DNA of 64,000 bases from Candidatus Bipolaricaulota bacterium (GTDB lineage Bacteria; Patescibacteriota; Patescibacteriia; UBA11705; DATKZF01): contig DATKZF010000003.1 in NCBI GenBank assembly GCA_035528115.1, forward strand, positions 22,699-86,698, written 5' to 3'. Position 1 is the first letter of the stretch, and each line of letters starts with the position of its first letter. The translations under genes and the position numbers were made by a program. Positions 19,263 to 31,254 of the stretch are shown one piece after another. The notes under the pieces were generated by a model. That model was not told where the DNA came from, ran no database searches, and was given only the letters and a program-made list of their open reading frames with translations.

Positions 19263-19385
19263 GTCATCTCGACCGCAGTCGTCCGAAGCCGCGGCGAAGG
19301 ATGACGGAGCGGAGAGATCTTTTCCAATTTTATTAAAAAGATTTCTCCATTTCGTTCTCCAGCCTGGCCGAGGGGTCGAAATGAC
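19263..19385. repeat. GTCATCTCGACC...GGTCGAAATGAC REP-like element with nested hairpin
   Basis: Terminal inverted repeats; relatives at 30120-30222, 31341-31418 and 41996-42225. Confidence 0.85.
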
Positions 19386-19400
19386 AAAGACTATTATCGC

Positions 19401-20822
19401 TTAAAAACTCTGTTCAAACTGATGCGCCACTCTCAAAATGGTCGCTTCATCGAAATAATTGCCCAAAATCTGCAAACCGGTCGGGAATTCCCCGACTTGA
19501 TTCATGGGCACGGAAATGGCCGGCAACCCGGCCACGTTCGCGGACACCGTGTACACATCGGCCAAATACATTTGCAAAGGATCCTTCACTTTTTCACCGA
19601 TTTTAAACGCAATGCTCGGCGCGGTGGGCATTATGACCGCGTCGACTTTTTTGAAAGCCTTGGCAAAATCATGTTTGATCAGGGCTCGAACTTTTTGCGC
19701 TTGTTTGTAATACGCATCGCTGTAGCCTTCGGACAAAACATACGTGCCCATCATTATTCTTCTTTTAACTTCTTCTCCGAATCCGGCTTCTCTGGTTTTC
19801 AAGTACATGTTCATCAAATCGTCCGCTGCCGCTCTTTGCCCGTATTTGACGCCATCATATCTGGCCATATTGGAAGAGACTTCGGCTGACATTAAAATAT
19901 AATAAGCGGCCAAACTGTATTTGAAATAAGGCAATTCCACTCTTTTTATTTTCACTTTCAATTGTTCCAAAATCTTAATCGACTTTTTCAAATCATCAAA
20001 AACATTTCTATCCAGACCTTCGAAAAAACTTTCTTCCGGCAAGCCGATGGTCAGGCCTTTGAGCGGCTTTTCCAAATTTTGCAAAAAATCGTCTTGTCTG
20101 GAAACCGAAGTGGAATCAAACCTGTCTTGTCCATAAATGGTTTGCAAAATCATGGCCGCGTCTTCGGCCGTTTTGGCCAACGGCCCCACTTGGTCTAAGC
20201 TCGAAGCCATGGCCGCCACGCCATAGCGAGACACTCGGCCGTAAGTCGGTTTCAAACCCACGCAGCCGCACAGCGCCGCCGGTTGCCGCACCGAGCCGCC
20301 GGTATCCGTTCCCAAGGCTCCCAAACATTGATCATCGGCCACGGCCGCAGCCGAACCGCCTGATGAGCCTCCGGCCACGCGTTCCGGGTTAAACGGATTT
20401 TTAACCGCGCCGAAAGCGGAATTCTCGGTGGACGCTCCCATGGCGAATTCATCCAAATTCGTTTTGCCCAAATATACGGCATTCTGCTCGTTCAATTTCT
20501 CAATAACCGTCGCGTTGTACGGCGCCACGTAATTTCGCATAATCTTTGACGCGCAAGTGCAATGAACATCTTCAATCAAAATAATATCCTTGATCGCCAA
20601 AGGAATGCCTTCCAAAGTTTTCAGAGGCAGTCCGCTTGAAATTTTTTCATCGACAACTTTGGCGCGCGCCAGCGCGTCGCCTTCCATGACAGTTAAAAAA
20701 GCGTTTATCTCGGGCTGTCTTTTTTCTATTTGTTTCAAACAATCCTTGATCAATTCCGCGCAAGAAAATTCTTTTTCCCGCAGACCTCTTTGAGCTGATT
20801 TGATTGTTAATTTATTAAGCAT
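19401..20822 (-). CDS. gatA: Asp/Glu-tRNA amidotransferase subunit A
   Basis: GKTNLDEFAMG, GGSSGGSAAAVA, GTDTGGSVRQPA, EVKRRIMMGT. Confidence 0.97.
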   Translation of the reverse strand: MLNKLTIKSAQRGLREKEFSCAELIKDCLKQIEKRQPEINAFLTVMEGDALARAKVVDEKISSGLPLKTLEGIPLAIKDIILIEDVHCTCASKIMRNYVAPYNATVIEKLNEQNAVYLGKTNLDEFAMGASTENSAFGAVKNPFNPERVAGGSSGGSAAAVADDQCLGALGTDTGGSVRQPAALCGCVGLKPTYGRVSRYGVAAMASSLDQVGPLAKTAEDAAMILQTIYGQDRFDSTSVSRQDDFLQNLEKPLKGLTIGLPEESFFEGLDRNVFDDLKKSIKILEQLKVKIKRVELPYFKYSLAAYYILMSAEVSSNMARYDGVKYGQRAAADDLMNMYLKTREAGFGEEVKRRIMMGTYVLSEGYSDAYYKQAQKVRALIKHDFAKAFKKVDAVIMPTAPSIAFKIGEKVKDPLQMYLADVYTVSANVAGLPAISVPMNQVGEFPTGLQILGNYFDEATILRVAHQFEQSF

Positions 20823-20823
20823 A

Positions 20824-21389
20824 GTTACAAATTACATTCGACTAATTAGCTTCCAGGCTGTTGTTACAAATTACATTCGCCCCGCAGGCGCCTTAATGCA
20901 AATTCAAAATCCTTCTAAATCTCAATGTTTTTTTCGCAAATAACGCAAGTATTCCCAATTTTAAACCTGTTTGTCCGAGATATCCATGGACTTGCGCAAA
21001 ATCATTGTTCGCAAAACTCTCTCCCCTTTTTATTTCCAAAACAATTTTCTCTTCGATGATGAAATCCGGCACATAACAACCTATTCTTTCGTCTCTATAT
21101 TTGATAGAAATTGTCTTCTGACTGACGCAATTTATATGTGAATCCTTAAACGCTTTTTCCAACGCCCGTTGATAATATTTTTCTTGCAATTGTCCGCCCA
21201 ATTCGGAATGGACATTTTTCAGCGCCCCCACGATTTTAAAACTGAGATATTTATAAATAATTTTACTTTCTTTCATTTTAATTTCTCCTAAAAATATTGT
21301 AATTCGTAACATTTATTAATCGGCCACCCAGATCATTGTACTTCGTAACAAATTACCTGAAAGCTTCACAGAATATTGTAATTCGTAAC
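20824..21389 (-). mobile_element. Family-A element carrying a GxxExxY gene, inserted between gatC and gatA
   Basis: Three 13-bp units upstream (21377-89, 21337-49, 21298-310) and two inverted units downstream (20863-75, 20824-36), period 39-40 bp; mobility is inferred. Confidence 0.7.
20893..21276 (-). CDS. GxxExxY protein (PD-(D/E)xK-like)
   Basis: VHSELGGQLQEKYYQRAL, PDFIIEEKIVLEIK, Q..YL...LGIL. Confidence 0.9.
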   Translation of the reverse strand: MKESKIIYKYLSFKIVGALKNVHSELGGQLQEKYYQRALEKAFKDSHINCVSQKTISIKYRDERIGCYVPDFIIEEKIVLEIKRGESFANNDFAQVHGYLGQTGLKLGILALFAKKTLRFRRILNLH

Positions 21390-21391
21390 AC

Positions 21392-21685
21392 TCATTTTTT
21401 CCCCCGCATCACTCCTTGCACCCTAATCTGCCCACTCTCAACTTCCGGCGCCTGACCGAGTAATTTTTCCGCCGAATAAATCAAATGAACTTCGTCCTCG
21501 CGACTGACATTGCTCAAGCCGGTGATATGCGAAACCGGTTCGATATTGCTCAAATCGATTGACTTTAATTCTTCGAAATATTTGAAAACTTCACCGATTT
21601 GCTTGGCGTATTTTTCTTTTTCTTCCTCGCTTATCCCGAGCCTGGCCAAGATCGCCAGCCTCTCTATCAACTCCTTATTTATCAT
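21392..21685 (-). CDS. gatC: Asp/Glu-tRNA amidotransferase subunit C
   Basis: LAILARL...REDEV...QAP; position upstream of gatA. Confidence 0.93.
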   Translation of the reverse strand: MINKELIERLAILARLGISEEEKEKYAKQIGEVFKYFEELKSIDLSNIEPVSHITGLSNVSREDEVHLIYSAEKLLGQAPEVESGQIRVQGVMRGKK

Positions 21686-21968
21686 AAAATTTCGATTTGC
21701 TTGAAGTAAGAAATCTATTGGAATTATAGCACATTTTCATGAAGCATGGAACATGCCTGCCCGCCGTAGCTTAAGAGCGAAGGCGGGAAGCATGGAGCAT
21801 GAAACAGAGGCAGATAAGCTATGTTTTCGTAAATTTTGTAAATTCCTGTAGTTTCGCAGTCAAAATTCGTAACTATTCGTAATTATTAATAATGAATTTA
21901 ACTGGATTTGATTTGTAATCATTTGCAATTTATTTTTTACTAAAATAAGCTAAAAAAGCTCAGAAACA

Positions 21969-22000
21969 TTGACTAAAATTAGATTTTATGCTATTATAAT
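21969..22000 (+). promoter_or_regulatory. Sigma70-like promoter for the GC-rich island
   Basis: TTGACT-N17-TATTAT (overlapping TATAAT). Confidence 0.5.
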
Positions 22001-22095
22001 ATGTTATTCTGCGCGAATCAGCCGGACAAAACAAAGCTTTTCGCGACAGAATATTGTTTTTCACGCGGTGGAAACCGCCAAATTAGGAGGGAAGG

Positions 22096-22569
22096 ATGAA
22101 TCTGCTGAACGAGATCACTCGATTCACCTGCAATCTGTTCGACGACGACGACCGCGACCCCGAGTTCTTCGGAATGCACGAGGTCGGGCGGCGCGGCGAC
22201 GCTCTGCCCTTCATCGGGGACGTCGCGCGGCAGATCGCGGACGAGGACGGAGACGGAGACGATGAGTTCGTCTACCGGCCCAACGCCCCGATCGAGGGGC
22301 CGCTTCCCCGCCGGTCGGCCGATCCGCCCGCGGCCAAGCCCATTTTCTGCTCGGTCATCCCTCCCTTCACCAACCGCCCGACGAAGCGGGGCATGTACCA
22401 GCGCACTCGCAGTCTGCCCGCGGACTCGCTCCGCGAGTGCAAACCCCGACGGGACTCGAACTGGAAGGACTCCGGGGCTGAGCGCCAGTTCGTCCGTCAC
22501 ACGGGACGCCGCGGACGGATCATGACCATCCGCGACCCCGCGCTCGTCGACAACGACGCGATCGGTTAG
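22096..22569 (+). CDS. Hypothetical protein (GC-rich, SD-led)
   Basis: AGGAGG at 22085-90; GC3-rich frame. Confidence 0.65.
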   Translation: MNLLNEITRFTCNLFDDDDRDPEFFGMHEVGRRGDALPFIGDVARQIADEDGDGDDEFVYRPNAPIEGPLPRRSADPPAAKPIFCSVIPPFTNRPTKRGMYQRTRSLPADSLRECKPRRDSNWKDSGAERQFVRHTGRRGRIMTIRDPALVDNDAIG

Positions 22570-22717
22570 CCCACCTGTTCTTTCCCACCTTTCGCCCAAC
22601 CTCATTCGTTGGGCTCCAATCCTTGCTTGATATAATCACATAGCGGGCAAAGATCGGAGATTGTTCCGAAACACCCACCATGCTTCCCGCTGAGAGCGGG
22701 AAAAGAGGAGATGCTAG

Positions 22718-25700
22718 ATGAAACGGATGATCGTGTGTCTTATGGTTGTTCTTCTGGCCGCAAGCTGCGGCAACAGCGCGTCCACCCGCAAGGTGGAAAC
22801 CGACGCCGGTCCCGCGCTCGAATGCGGGGAGGGCACCATCAAAGTGGACGGAGAATGCCGTCCGAAAGACGAACTCTGCAACGGCATCGACGACGACGGG
22901 GACGGAGTGACGGACGAACAGTGCGTCATCCCTCCCAGCAACGTGGCCTGTGGCGCGGGTACCATCCTCGTAGATGGGGAATGCGTTCCCCTGCCAAATC
23001 AGGACTACGATGAGGACAACGACGGCTTCTCGCCGTTCGAAGGCGACTGCAACGACGACGATCCGACCATCAACCCGACGGCGACCGAAGTCTGTGATGA
23101 ACTGGACAACAATTGCGACGGGCAGGTAGACGAGGACGATCCGTCGCAGGACGATTTCTGCATCTCGATGAACCAGTACAACGGCAATTACGTTGCCGTT
23201 CAGGGTACGGAGAGGTGCCATGGGATCGCCGGCATGATCTGCACGCCGCTACCGGTCGAGCTATGCCGGCAAAACGCAGAAATCTGCGACAATGCTCTCG
23301 ACGACAACTGCGACGGCGTGGTGGACGAGGGCTGCGACCCCGACTTTGACTTTGACAAAGACGGCTTCAGTCCGTTCGACGGAGACTGCGACGACGACAA
23401 CCGCGACATCCATCCGGATGCCATCGAAAGCTGCAACGGCCTGGACGACGACTGCGACGGCCAGATCGACGAGGGCTACCCGATCCAGTTTTTCCTCCGC
23501 GACGCGGATGGAGACGGGCACGGAGATCCCGAAAACATGATTCAGGCCGCCGACTGTCTCTCCGCGCCGTACGGATACATCGACTGGATCGTCGACCTTG
23601 ACAACGACTGCGACGACAGCGACAGTCACGTCAACCCCGCGGCCATCGAGTACTGCAACAACATCGACGATGACTGCGACGGCGCGACCGACGAGGACGA
23701 CCCGGATATGGGTATTGCCTGCACGGCCGTGCTGAGTCTGCACGACCACGACGTGCCGATCCTCGGCGTCAACCTCTGTGAGAACGGAGAGATGCTGTGC
23801 ACGCCTCCGCCGCTGGAAGAATGCCAGCTGCAGACGGAAATCTGCGGCGACATCTACGACAACAACTGCGACGGGCAGGTGGACGAGGACTGTGAAGAAG
23901 ATGGGGCCCCGCACTACTGCGAGCCGGTCTACACCAACTACGGCATCCTGATCGGCTACCGCGGCTGTTGCGGCGCCAGCCCGCTGACTACTACTCATCC
24001 CGAAGCGGGCATGTTGATCAAGACGCATGAGTACAGCTCAGTGTACTACTACGCCAGTGACGGATTCAGGTATGTCTTCCCGACTACGCTCGAGCTAGAT
24101 TCCTGGTACTCTCCCCTCGACGAATACGGCATCCCCGTTTCGCCCAACGAGGAGATCTGCCAGCAGGTCTACGACGTTTCACTCCTTGTGTTGGCATCGA
24201 TTCCAATGGGCATGAAAAACGTCACCCTTCGTCCCGGAGCATTCGTCACCGGAAGCACGACGGACTCGAGCCAGCGCTACGTGGTGGATCACTGCGCGAC
24301 GCGGAAAGAAGTCGATCCGATCACCGTGCTGGATGAGATCTACTCGTCCAACTACGGGTCGACCGCCTGGGAGCGAACGCACCCGGTGTGGAATGTCATG
24401 TGGGGCATGTACACGACCGGTCAGACAGTCACCTCCGCCGATAATTTCGACTGGCTGGAAACATACCAGTCGGCAACCATCGAAGAGGAGCTGGGAATCA
24501 GCGGGATGTGCGTCGACCAGGACGGCGACGGCTACAGCCCATTCGCGGGCGATTGCGACGACGGAAATGATTCGCTCTTTCCCGGCGCGCAGGAACTCTG
24601 CGACGGGATTGACAATAACTGCGACGGCGAAACCGACGAAGATTTCGCCGAGTATCTCGGCCAGCCATGCAGAGGATACGCCCGTAACGGTGAATTCCTC
24701 GATGGCTACTGTTCCGAGATCGGGACAGTCGTTTGCCATAACAACCTCGCGCTCAGGTGTTCATCCGCTGACGAAAATTCGCGGTGGACAACCGATTACA
24801 ACTGGTCGTTGCCCGAAGTCTGCGGCAACAGCCTCGACGACAACTGCGACGGGCAGGTGGATGAAGGCTGCGACCAGCCGCCGGACGGAGTGAGCTTCTG
24901 CGAAGTCGACGATGACTGCGCGGATGCCGCCTGGGGCCAGTACTGCGTGTATTCGCTAGTACTGGATGCCAGCTTCTGCCAGGCTTGTCGGCAAGACGTC
25001 GACCCCGTGGACATGTCTCAATGGGAGTCTGTCGGATGCGGTGGTCAGACGCCAATCTGCGCATGGGGAGTCCAAACCGTACCCGTAAGCGATGCGTTTC
25101 CCGATGGGTATGCGCCGTTCTACTGGTGCGTGGAATGCGTCCTCGACACGGACTGCACACCGGGGTTCATCTGCTCGCAAGACAATTTCGTCTGCGAGCA
25201 GCAAGCCGCCGCCGCGACTTTGACTGTCGATGTCGCCGGCATGCCGGCTTCCGGCAATACCTACGTCAAAGGCACTGACGGAGTTCCGGCCGTAGGATTC
25301 ATCTTCACGGCCGGCGATTCCGCTGACGCGCTGGTCAATTCCGTGAAATTGACGGTGTACCTCGACAACAACCAAAACGGCTTTAGCGATACCGCGGATG
25401 TCGATGACACTTCGGGCGCCCAAAACGTTTTGGCGACAGTCACCATCTACGACGCAGGGACTCCGACAACCCCGCTGGCCGACGCCAAGAACCTGACAGT
25501 CAATGCCAGCGACATCACCGTTCAGTTCGACTCGTTGAACTGGACAGTCCCATCAGGCAGTACAAAAGCTCTGTTGGTCAAAGCGACGTTGTCGACCACA
25601 GCTCCTTTGAGCGGAGATGACGACGATTTCGCCTTGACGATCCAGGAGTCTGGCGATGTTGACGCCGAAGATGGCAATGGCACGGCGGTCAATGTCGTTC

Positions 25701-26719
25701 TGCAAAACGGCAACCAGGAACCGGATGTCTGGCAAACCGCAACCGGTGGCGGCATCCTGGACCTGACCGAAGCAACAAGCACACCCGTCTCATCCTTGCT
25801 CGTGGCCGGCACCTCGAACAACCTGGTTTCCGTGGTCGAATTCGCTTCGACCGGCGAAGCCTTCATCGTCGAGAGAATGCAGGTCTACGATGCCGACGGC
25901 AATGGCTATGATGAGATCGGTGCCGTCAGAGTAAGCTATACGAACAGCCTCGGCGAGACCGAAGCCAAGGCCGCGATCCCGGACATGAACGGGATTGCAA
26001 TTTTCAACAACTTGGACATCTATGTCCCGAAAGATGCGGCCGCGGATGTCCGGATCTTTACGGATCTGAACACGGTCGCGGGTAGCGCGGACAATGGCGA
26101 TTCAATCAGACTCACGGTGGCCGAATCCGCGAACTTCAGAGCGGTCGGACGAGAGTCGGGGGTCGTCGTCATCGACACGGCGGCTGCAGCTGACCCTGAG
26201 GTCAACAGCCACTACGTGTTCGAGTCCGTACCGAGTGTTGCCTTCGCGGTGGACACTCCGTCCGGAAATCTGATCCCGAGCGCCAACACTTTGTTGGCTA
26301 AATTAGCGGTCACCGCTGACGGCGCGAAGGACATCACGTTCGACGCGGCTACCGGCGATATTACTTTCAAGATCAGCTCTTCTTGCGCCGGCACGGCGAC
26401 AGGAGATGTTTACTTGAAAGACGCAGATGGAACCACTTTGGCTACACCCACCGCTATCGCTCCGTGTTCCGCCACCAGCGTTAAGTTCCTTTTCGAAGAT
26501 GTTACCACCGACTGGAGAGTTCCGGCCGGCGAGACCAAGTACTTGTATGTTTGGGGTGATACGTCAATGATGACGTCTCAGGGCGATTCCATCCAGCTCT
26601 GGTTGGATGACGCTTCAAATGCAAACTTCACTTGGAGCATCAACGGAATCGGCACTTACCAACATGCTGACATCCTCTTTAGAGGCGATAAGTATGGCGG
26701 TCTGTTGCTCAAGCCATAG
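22718..26719 (+). CDS. Large Cys/Asp-rich surface (lipo)protein with MopE-like metal-binding repeats and C-terminal beta-rich domains
   Basis: Lipobox-like LAASC; about 8 DxxCDGxxDE units (PF11617-like); GMLIK..VYY..DGxRYVFP module; S-layer-like C-terminus. Confidence 0.85.
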   Translation: MKRMIVCLMVVLLAASCGNSASTRKVETDAGPALECGEGTIKVDGECRPKDELCNGIDDDGDGVTDEQCVIPPSNVACGAGTILVDGECVPLPNQDYDEDNDGFSPFEGDCNDDDPTINPTATEVCDELDNNCDGQVDEDDPSQDDFCISMNQYNGNYVAVQGTERCHGIAGMICTPLPVELCRQNAEICDNALDDNCDGVVDEGCDPDFDFDKDGFSPFDGDCDDDNRDIHPDAIESCNGLDDDCDGQIDEGYPIQFFLRDADGDGHGDPENMIQAADCLSAPYGYIDWIVDLDNDCDDSDSHVNPAAIEYCNNIDDDCDGATDEDDPDMGIACTAVLSLHDHDVPILGVNLCENGEMLCTPPPLEECQLQTEICGDIYDNNCDGQVDEDCEEDGAPHYCEPVYTNYGILIGYRGCCGASPLTTTHPEAGMLIKTHEYSSVYYYASDGFRYVFPTTLELDSWYSPLDEYGIPVSPNEEICQQVYDVSLLVLASIPMGMKNVTLRPGAFVTGSTTDSSQRYVVDHCATRKEVDPITVLDEIYSSNYGSTAWERTHPVWNVMWGMYTTGQTVTSADNFDWLETYQSATIEEELGISGMCVDQDGDGYSPFAGDCDDGNDSLFPGAQELCDGIDNNCDGETDEDFAEYLGQPCRGYARNGEFLDGYCSEIGTVVCHNNLALRCSSADENSRWTTDYNWSLPEVCGNSLDDNCDGQVDEGCDQPPDGVSFCEVDDDCADAAWGQYCVYSLVLDASFCQACRQDVDPVDMSQWESVGCGGQTPICAWGVQTVPVSDAFPDGYAPFYWCVECVLDTDCTPGFICSQDNFVCEQQAAAATLTVDVAGMPASGNTYVKGTDGVPAVGFIFTAGDSADALVNSVKLTVYLDNNQNGFSDTADVDDTSGAQNVLATVTIYDAGTPTTPLADAKNLTVNASDITVQFDSLNWTVPSGSTKALLVKATLSTTAPLSGDDDDFALTIQESGDVDAEDGNGTAVNVVLQNGNQEPDVWQTATGGGILDLTEATSTPVSSLLVAGTSNNLVSVVEFASTGEAFIVERMQVYDADGNGYDEIGAVRVSYTNSLGETEAKAAIPDMNGIAIFNNLDIYVPKDAAADVRIFTDLNTVAGSADNGDSIRLTVAESANFRAVGRESGVVVIDTAAAADPEVNSHYVFESVPSVAFAVDTPSGNLIPSANTLLAKLAVTADGAKDITFDAATGDITFKISSSCAGTATGDVYLKDADGTTLATPTAIAPCSATSVKFLFEDVTTDWRVPAGETKYLYVWGDTSMMTSQGDSIQLWLDDASNANFTWSINGIGTYQHADILFRGDKYGGLLLKP

Positions 26720-26764
26720 AGCGCCCTTTTCCGCCCAACCGTCCATGACGGTTGAGGCAAGGAG

Positions 26765-26814
26765 ACACGAAAAAACGCCTTCCGGATCACTCTGGAAGGC
26801 GTTTCTAATTTTAA
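26765..26814. terminator. Bidirectional terminator, copy 1
   Basis: AAAAAACGCCTTCCGG-loop-CTGGAAGGCGTTT; near-identical to 28045-28093. Confidence 0.8.
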
Positions 26815-26958
26815 AATCACCATTGACATATTCCTCAAACTGTGCAAAAATATGAATTCCGCGGATAATTGCCATTCAAGCCTTGTTTATTTGCTAAAAT
26901 AAGCGGGGCTTGGGTAGTAATTCGTGTTCAACGGCTTTCCAATAGGAGGGAAAAAGCC

Positions 26959-28017
26959 ATGAAACACTTCGGTTGCTTGTTCGCGTGCGTACTGGTTCTG
27001 GGCTGCGGCGACAACGGCAGCAAGCCACAACTGGGCGATGCCCAGGACGTCGCCGTGTTCGATTTCTCGGGCAACGACCTCCAAGAGACGTTCATGCCCG
27101 ACACGTCCGGCGACGTCAGCGCCGCCGAAGTCACGAGCGACGCGACCATCGAGGACGCCGGCGAGGACTCGGCCATCGAGGCCGGTTCCGACCTGCCGAC
27201 GCAAGACATGATCGAAGACGCGCCGGTCGAGCTGTGCGGCAATGGAGCGCTCGATCCGGGCGAGCAGTGCGACGGCGTCCCCGCGGACGACGTCAACTGT
27301 CAGACGCTCGGCTTCTACGCCGGGCACCTGTCCTGCGCGGACTGTTCGTTCGACACCAGCCAGTGCTCGAACGAAGTGCCCCCGACCTGCGGGGACGGCA
27401 ACGTGGACGCGGGAGAGGACTGCGATGGCGACAACCTCGCGGGATCCTACTGCACCTCGCTCGGATGGGAATTCACGGGCGGTTCGCTCGCCTGCCTCGA
27501 CTGCGCCTTCGACGCCAGCGGCTGCACTCCCCAGTGCGGCAACGGCGTCTGCGAGCCGGAAGAGTCCTACGACTCATGTCCGGACGACTGTCCGCAACCA
27601 TGCCTGGAGGCGCTCGTCATGGCCTTCGCGGCCGACGGTCCGCAGAACCTGGTCATGAACGTGAATGCGCACGTGGCCAGAATCAGCTTGTCCGCCATCG
27701 GCGAGAACGCGGTCGTGGACACGTTGACGTTCCGCGTCGCGGTCCAGATCGCCACGCCGGACAGCGACGTGGAGACCTGGCGTCTCAAGACGGAGACCAC
27801 GCTCGTGATCGCCGACTACCTGGCCGATCTCTCGGGCGATGAGAACGGCTTAGTGATCTTCAACATCAACAACCCGCTGACAATCACTCCCGGCGCGCCG
27901 AGGACGCTGGACATCTTCGTCAACACGGCCGAGATGGACGCGGCAACCGACACCCTTCAGCTGTGGCTCGTAACGGGCTGCGGCGAAGAGGTGGAAGGTC
28001 CGTTGCTGATCAAGTAA
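26959..28017 (+). CDS. Cys-rich lipoprotein with Myxococcus-type CGNG..GExCD repeats
   Basis: AGGAGG before ATG 26959; VLGC lipobox; CGNGALDPGEQCDG and CGDGNVDAGEDCDG; C-terminal domain similar to that of 22718..26719. Confidence 0.82.
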   Translation: MKHFGCLFACVLVLGCGDNGSKPQLGDAQDVAVFDFSGNDLQETFMPDTSGDVSAAEVTSDATIEDAGEDSAIEAGSDLPTQDMIEDAPVELCGNGALDPGEQCDGVPADDVNCQTLGFYAGHLSCADCSFDTSQCSNEVPPTCGDGNVDAGEDCDGDNLAGSYCTSLGWEFTGGSLACLDCAFDASGCTPQCGNGVCEPEESYDSCPDDCPQPCLEALVMAFAADGPQNLVMNVNAHVARISLSAIGENAVVDTLTFRVAVQIATPDSDVETWRLKTETTLVIADYLADLSGDENGLVIFNINNPLTITPGAPRTLDIFVNTAEMDAATDTLQLWLVTGCGEEVEGPLLIK

Positions 28018-28044
28018 AAACAAGTCCGGCCAAGCCCGGACACA

Positions 28045-28093
28045 ACACGAAAAAACGCCTTCCGGTCAGTCTGGAAGGCGTTTGAAATTTTAA
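28045..28093. terminator. Bidirectional terminator, copy 2 (after ligA)
   Basis: Same hairpin as 26765-26814, between convergent genes. Confidence 0.8.
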
Positions 28094-28100
28094 TTTTTTT

Positions 28101-30239
<2,139 letters not shown>

Positions 30240-31247
30240 TTACTTCGAAGCTAAAATCTCAACCATCTTCACCAAATGATAACTATAGGCGTATTCATTG
30301 TCATACCACGCCATGATCTTCACCAAATCGCCGTCGACGACTTTCGTAAAATTCAAATCGACAATGGCCGAATAAATCGTGCCCACGATATCCGAAGACA
30401 CCAAAGCCTCTTTTGACACGCCCAAAACTTCCCTATAACGCGCGGTCTTGGCCGCGTCCATGAAAGCTTTATTGACCGCGGCCACGGTCGTTTTCTTTTT
30501 GGTCACAATGGTAAAATCCGACAACGAACCGCAAGACAGCGGAACCCGAACCGCCACCGCGTCGAATTTGTCTTTCAGCCCGGGCAAGGTTTTGACAGTG
30601 GCCAAAGCCGCGCCCGTGGAAGTGGGAGACATATTCATAGCGGCCGCGCGGCCGCGTCTAAAGTCCTTGGGATCCGGGCCATCAACCAATTTTTGCGTGG
30701 CCGTGTACGCGTGGATGGTGGTCATTAAAGCTTTTTTAATGCCGAATTTGGCTTGCATGATCGCCATGATCGGAGAAACGCAATTGGTGGTGCAGGACGC
30801 GTTGGAGATAACGACATCTTTTTTGGAAATCTTATTTTCATTGGCGCCGGCCACGAAAGTCTTTAAATCGGCCGACTTGGTCGGCGCGGAAATTATGACT
30901 TTTTTGGCGCCGGCTTTTATATGCTTGAAAGCGCCGTCTTTGTCCGTAAAAAATCCCGTGCATTCCAAAACCACGTCAACGCCCAGTTTTTCCCAAGGCA
31001 GTTTGGCCGGATCCTTTTCCGCGAATGTTTGAACTTTAACATCATCGATTTTCAAAAAATCTTTGCCCGCGAAAACCTGTCGATCGTATCTGCCGTAAAC
31101 CGTGTCGTATTTTAAAAGATAAGCCAAATTTTCCGGATCCACCAAATCATTTATGGCGACCACTTTTATTTTTTTGTTTTCCAAAGCAACTTTAAAAGCC
31201 GCGCGGCCGATGCGGCCGAAGCCGTTGATGGCGATTTTTATGGGCAT
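30240..31247 (-). CDS. gap: Glyceraldehyde-3-phosphate dehydrogenase
   Basis: INGFGRIGR, SNASCTTNC, WYDNE. Confidence 0.97.
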   Translation of the reverse strand: MPIKIAINGFGRIGRAAFKVALENKKIKVVAINDLVDPENLAYLLKYDTVYGRYDRQVFAGKDFLKIDDVKVQTFAEKDPAKLPWEKLGVDVVLECTGFFTDKDGAFKHIKAGAKKVIISAPTKSADLKTFVAGANENKISKKDVVISNASCTTNCVSPIMAIMQAKFGIKKALMTTIHAYTATQKLVDGPDPKDFRRGRAAAMNMSPTSTGAALATVKTLPGLKDKFDAVAVRVPLSCGSLSDFTIVTKKKTTVAAVNKAFMDAAKTARYREVLGVSKEALVSSDIVGTIYSAIVDLNFTKVVDGDLVKIMAWYDNEYAYSYHLVKMVEILASK

Positions 31248-31254
31248 AATTTTT

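Noticed and set aside
20824-21389. CRISPR array (13-bp repeats with 26-27 nt spacers)
   Set aside because: Repeats are too short, arms are inverted, spacers are shared between loci and pair with each other, and there are no cas genes.
22018-27842. Long overlapping ORFs in the GC-rich island (e.g. 26973..27842, 23261..24028)
   Set aside because: Shadow frames caused by high GC3; no motifs or SD.
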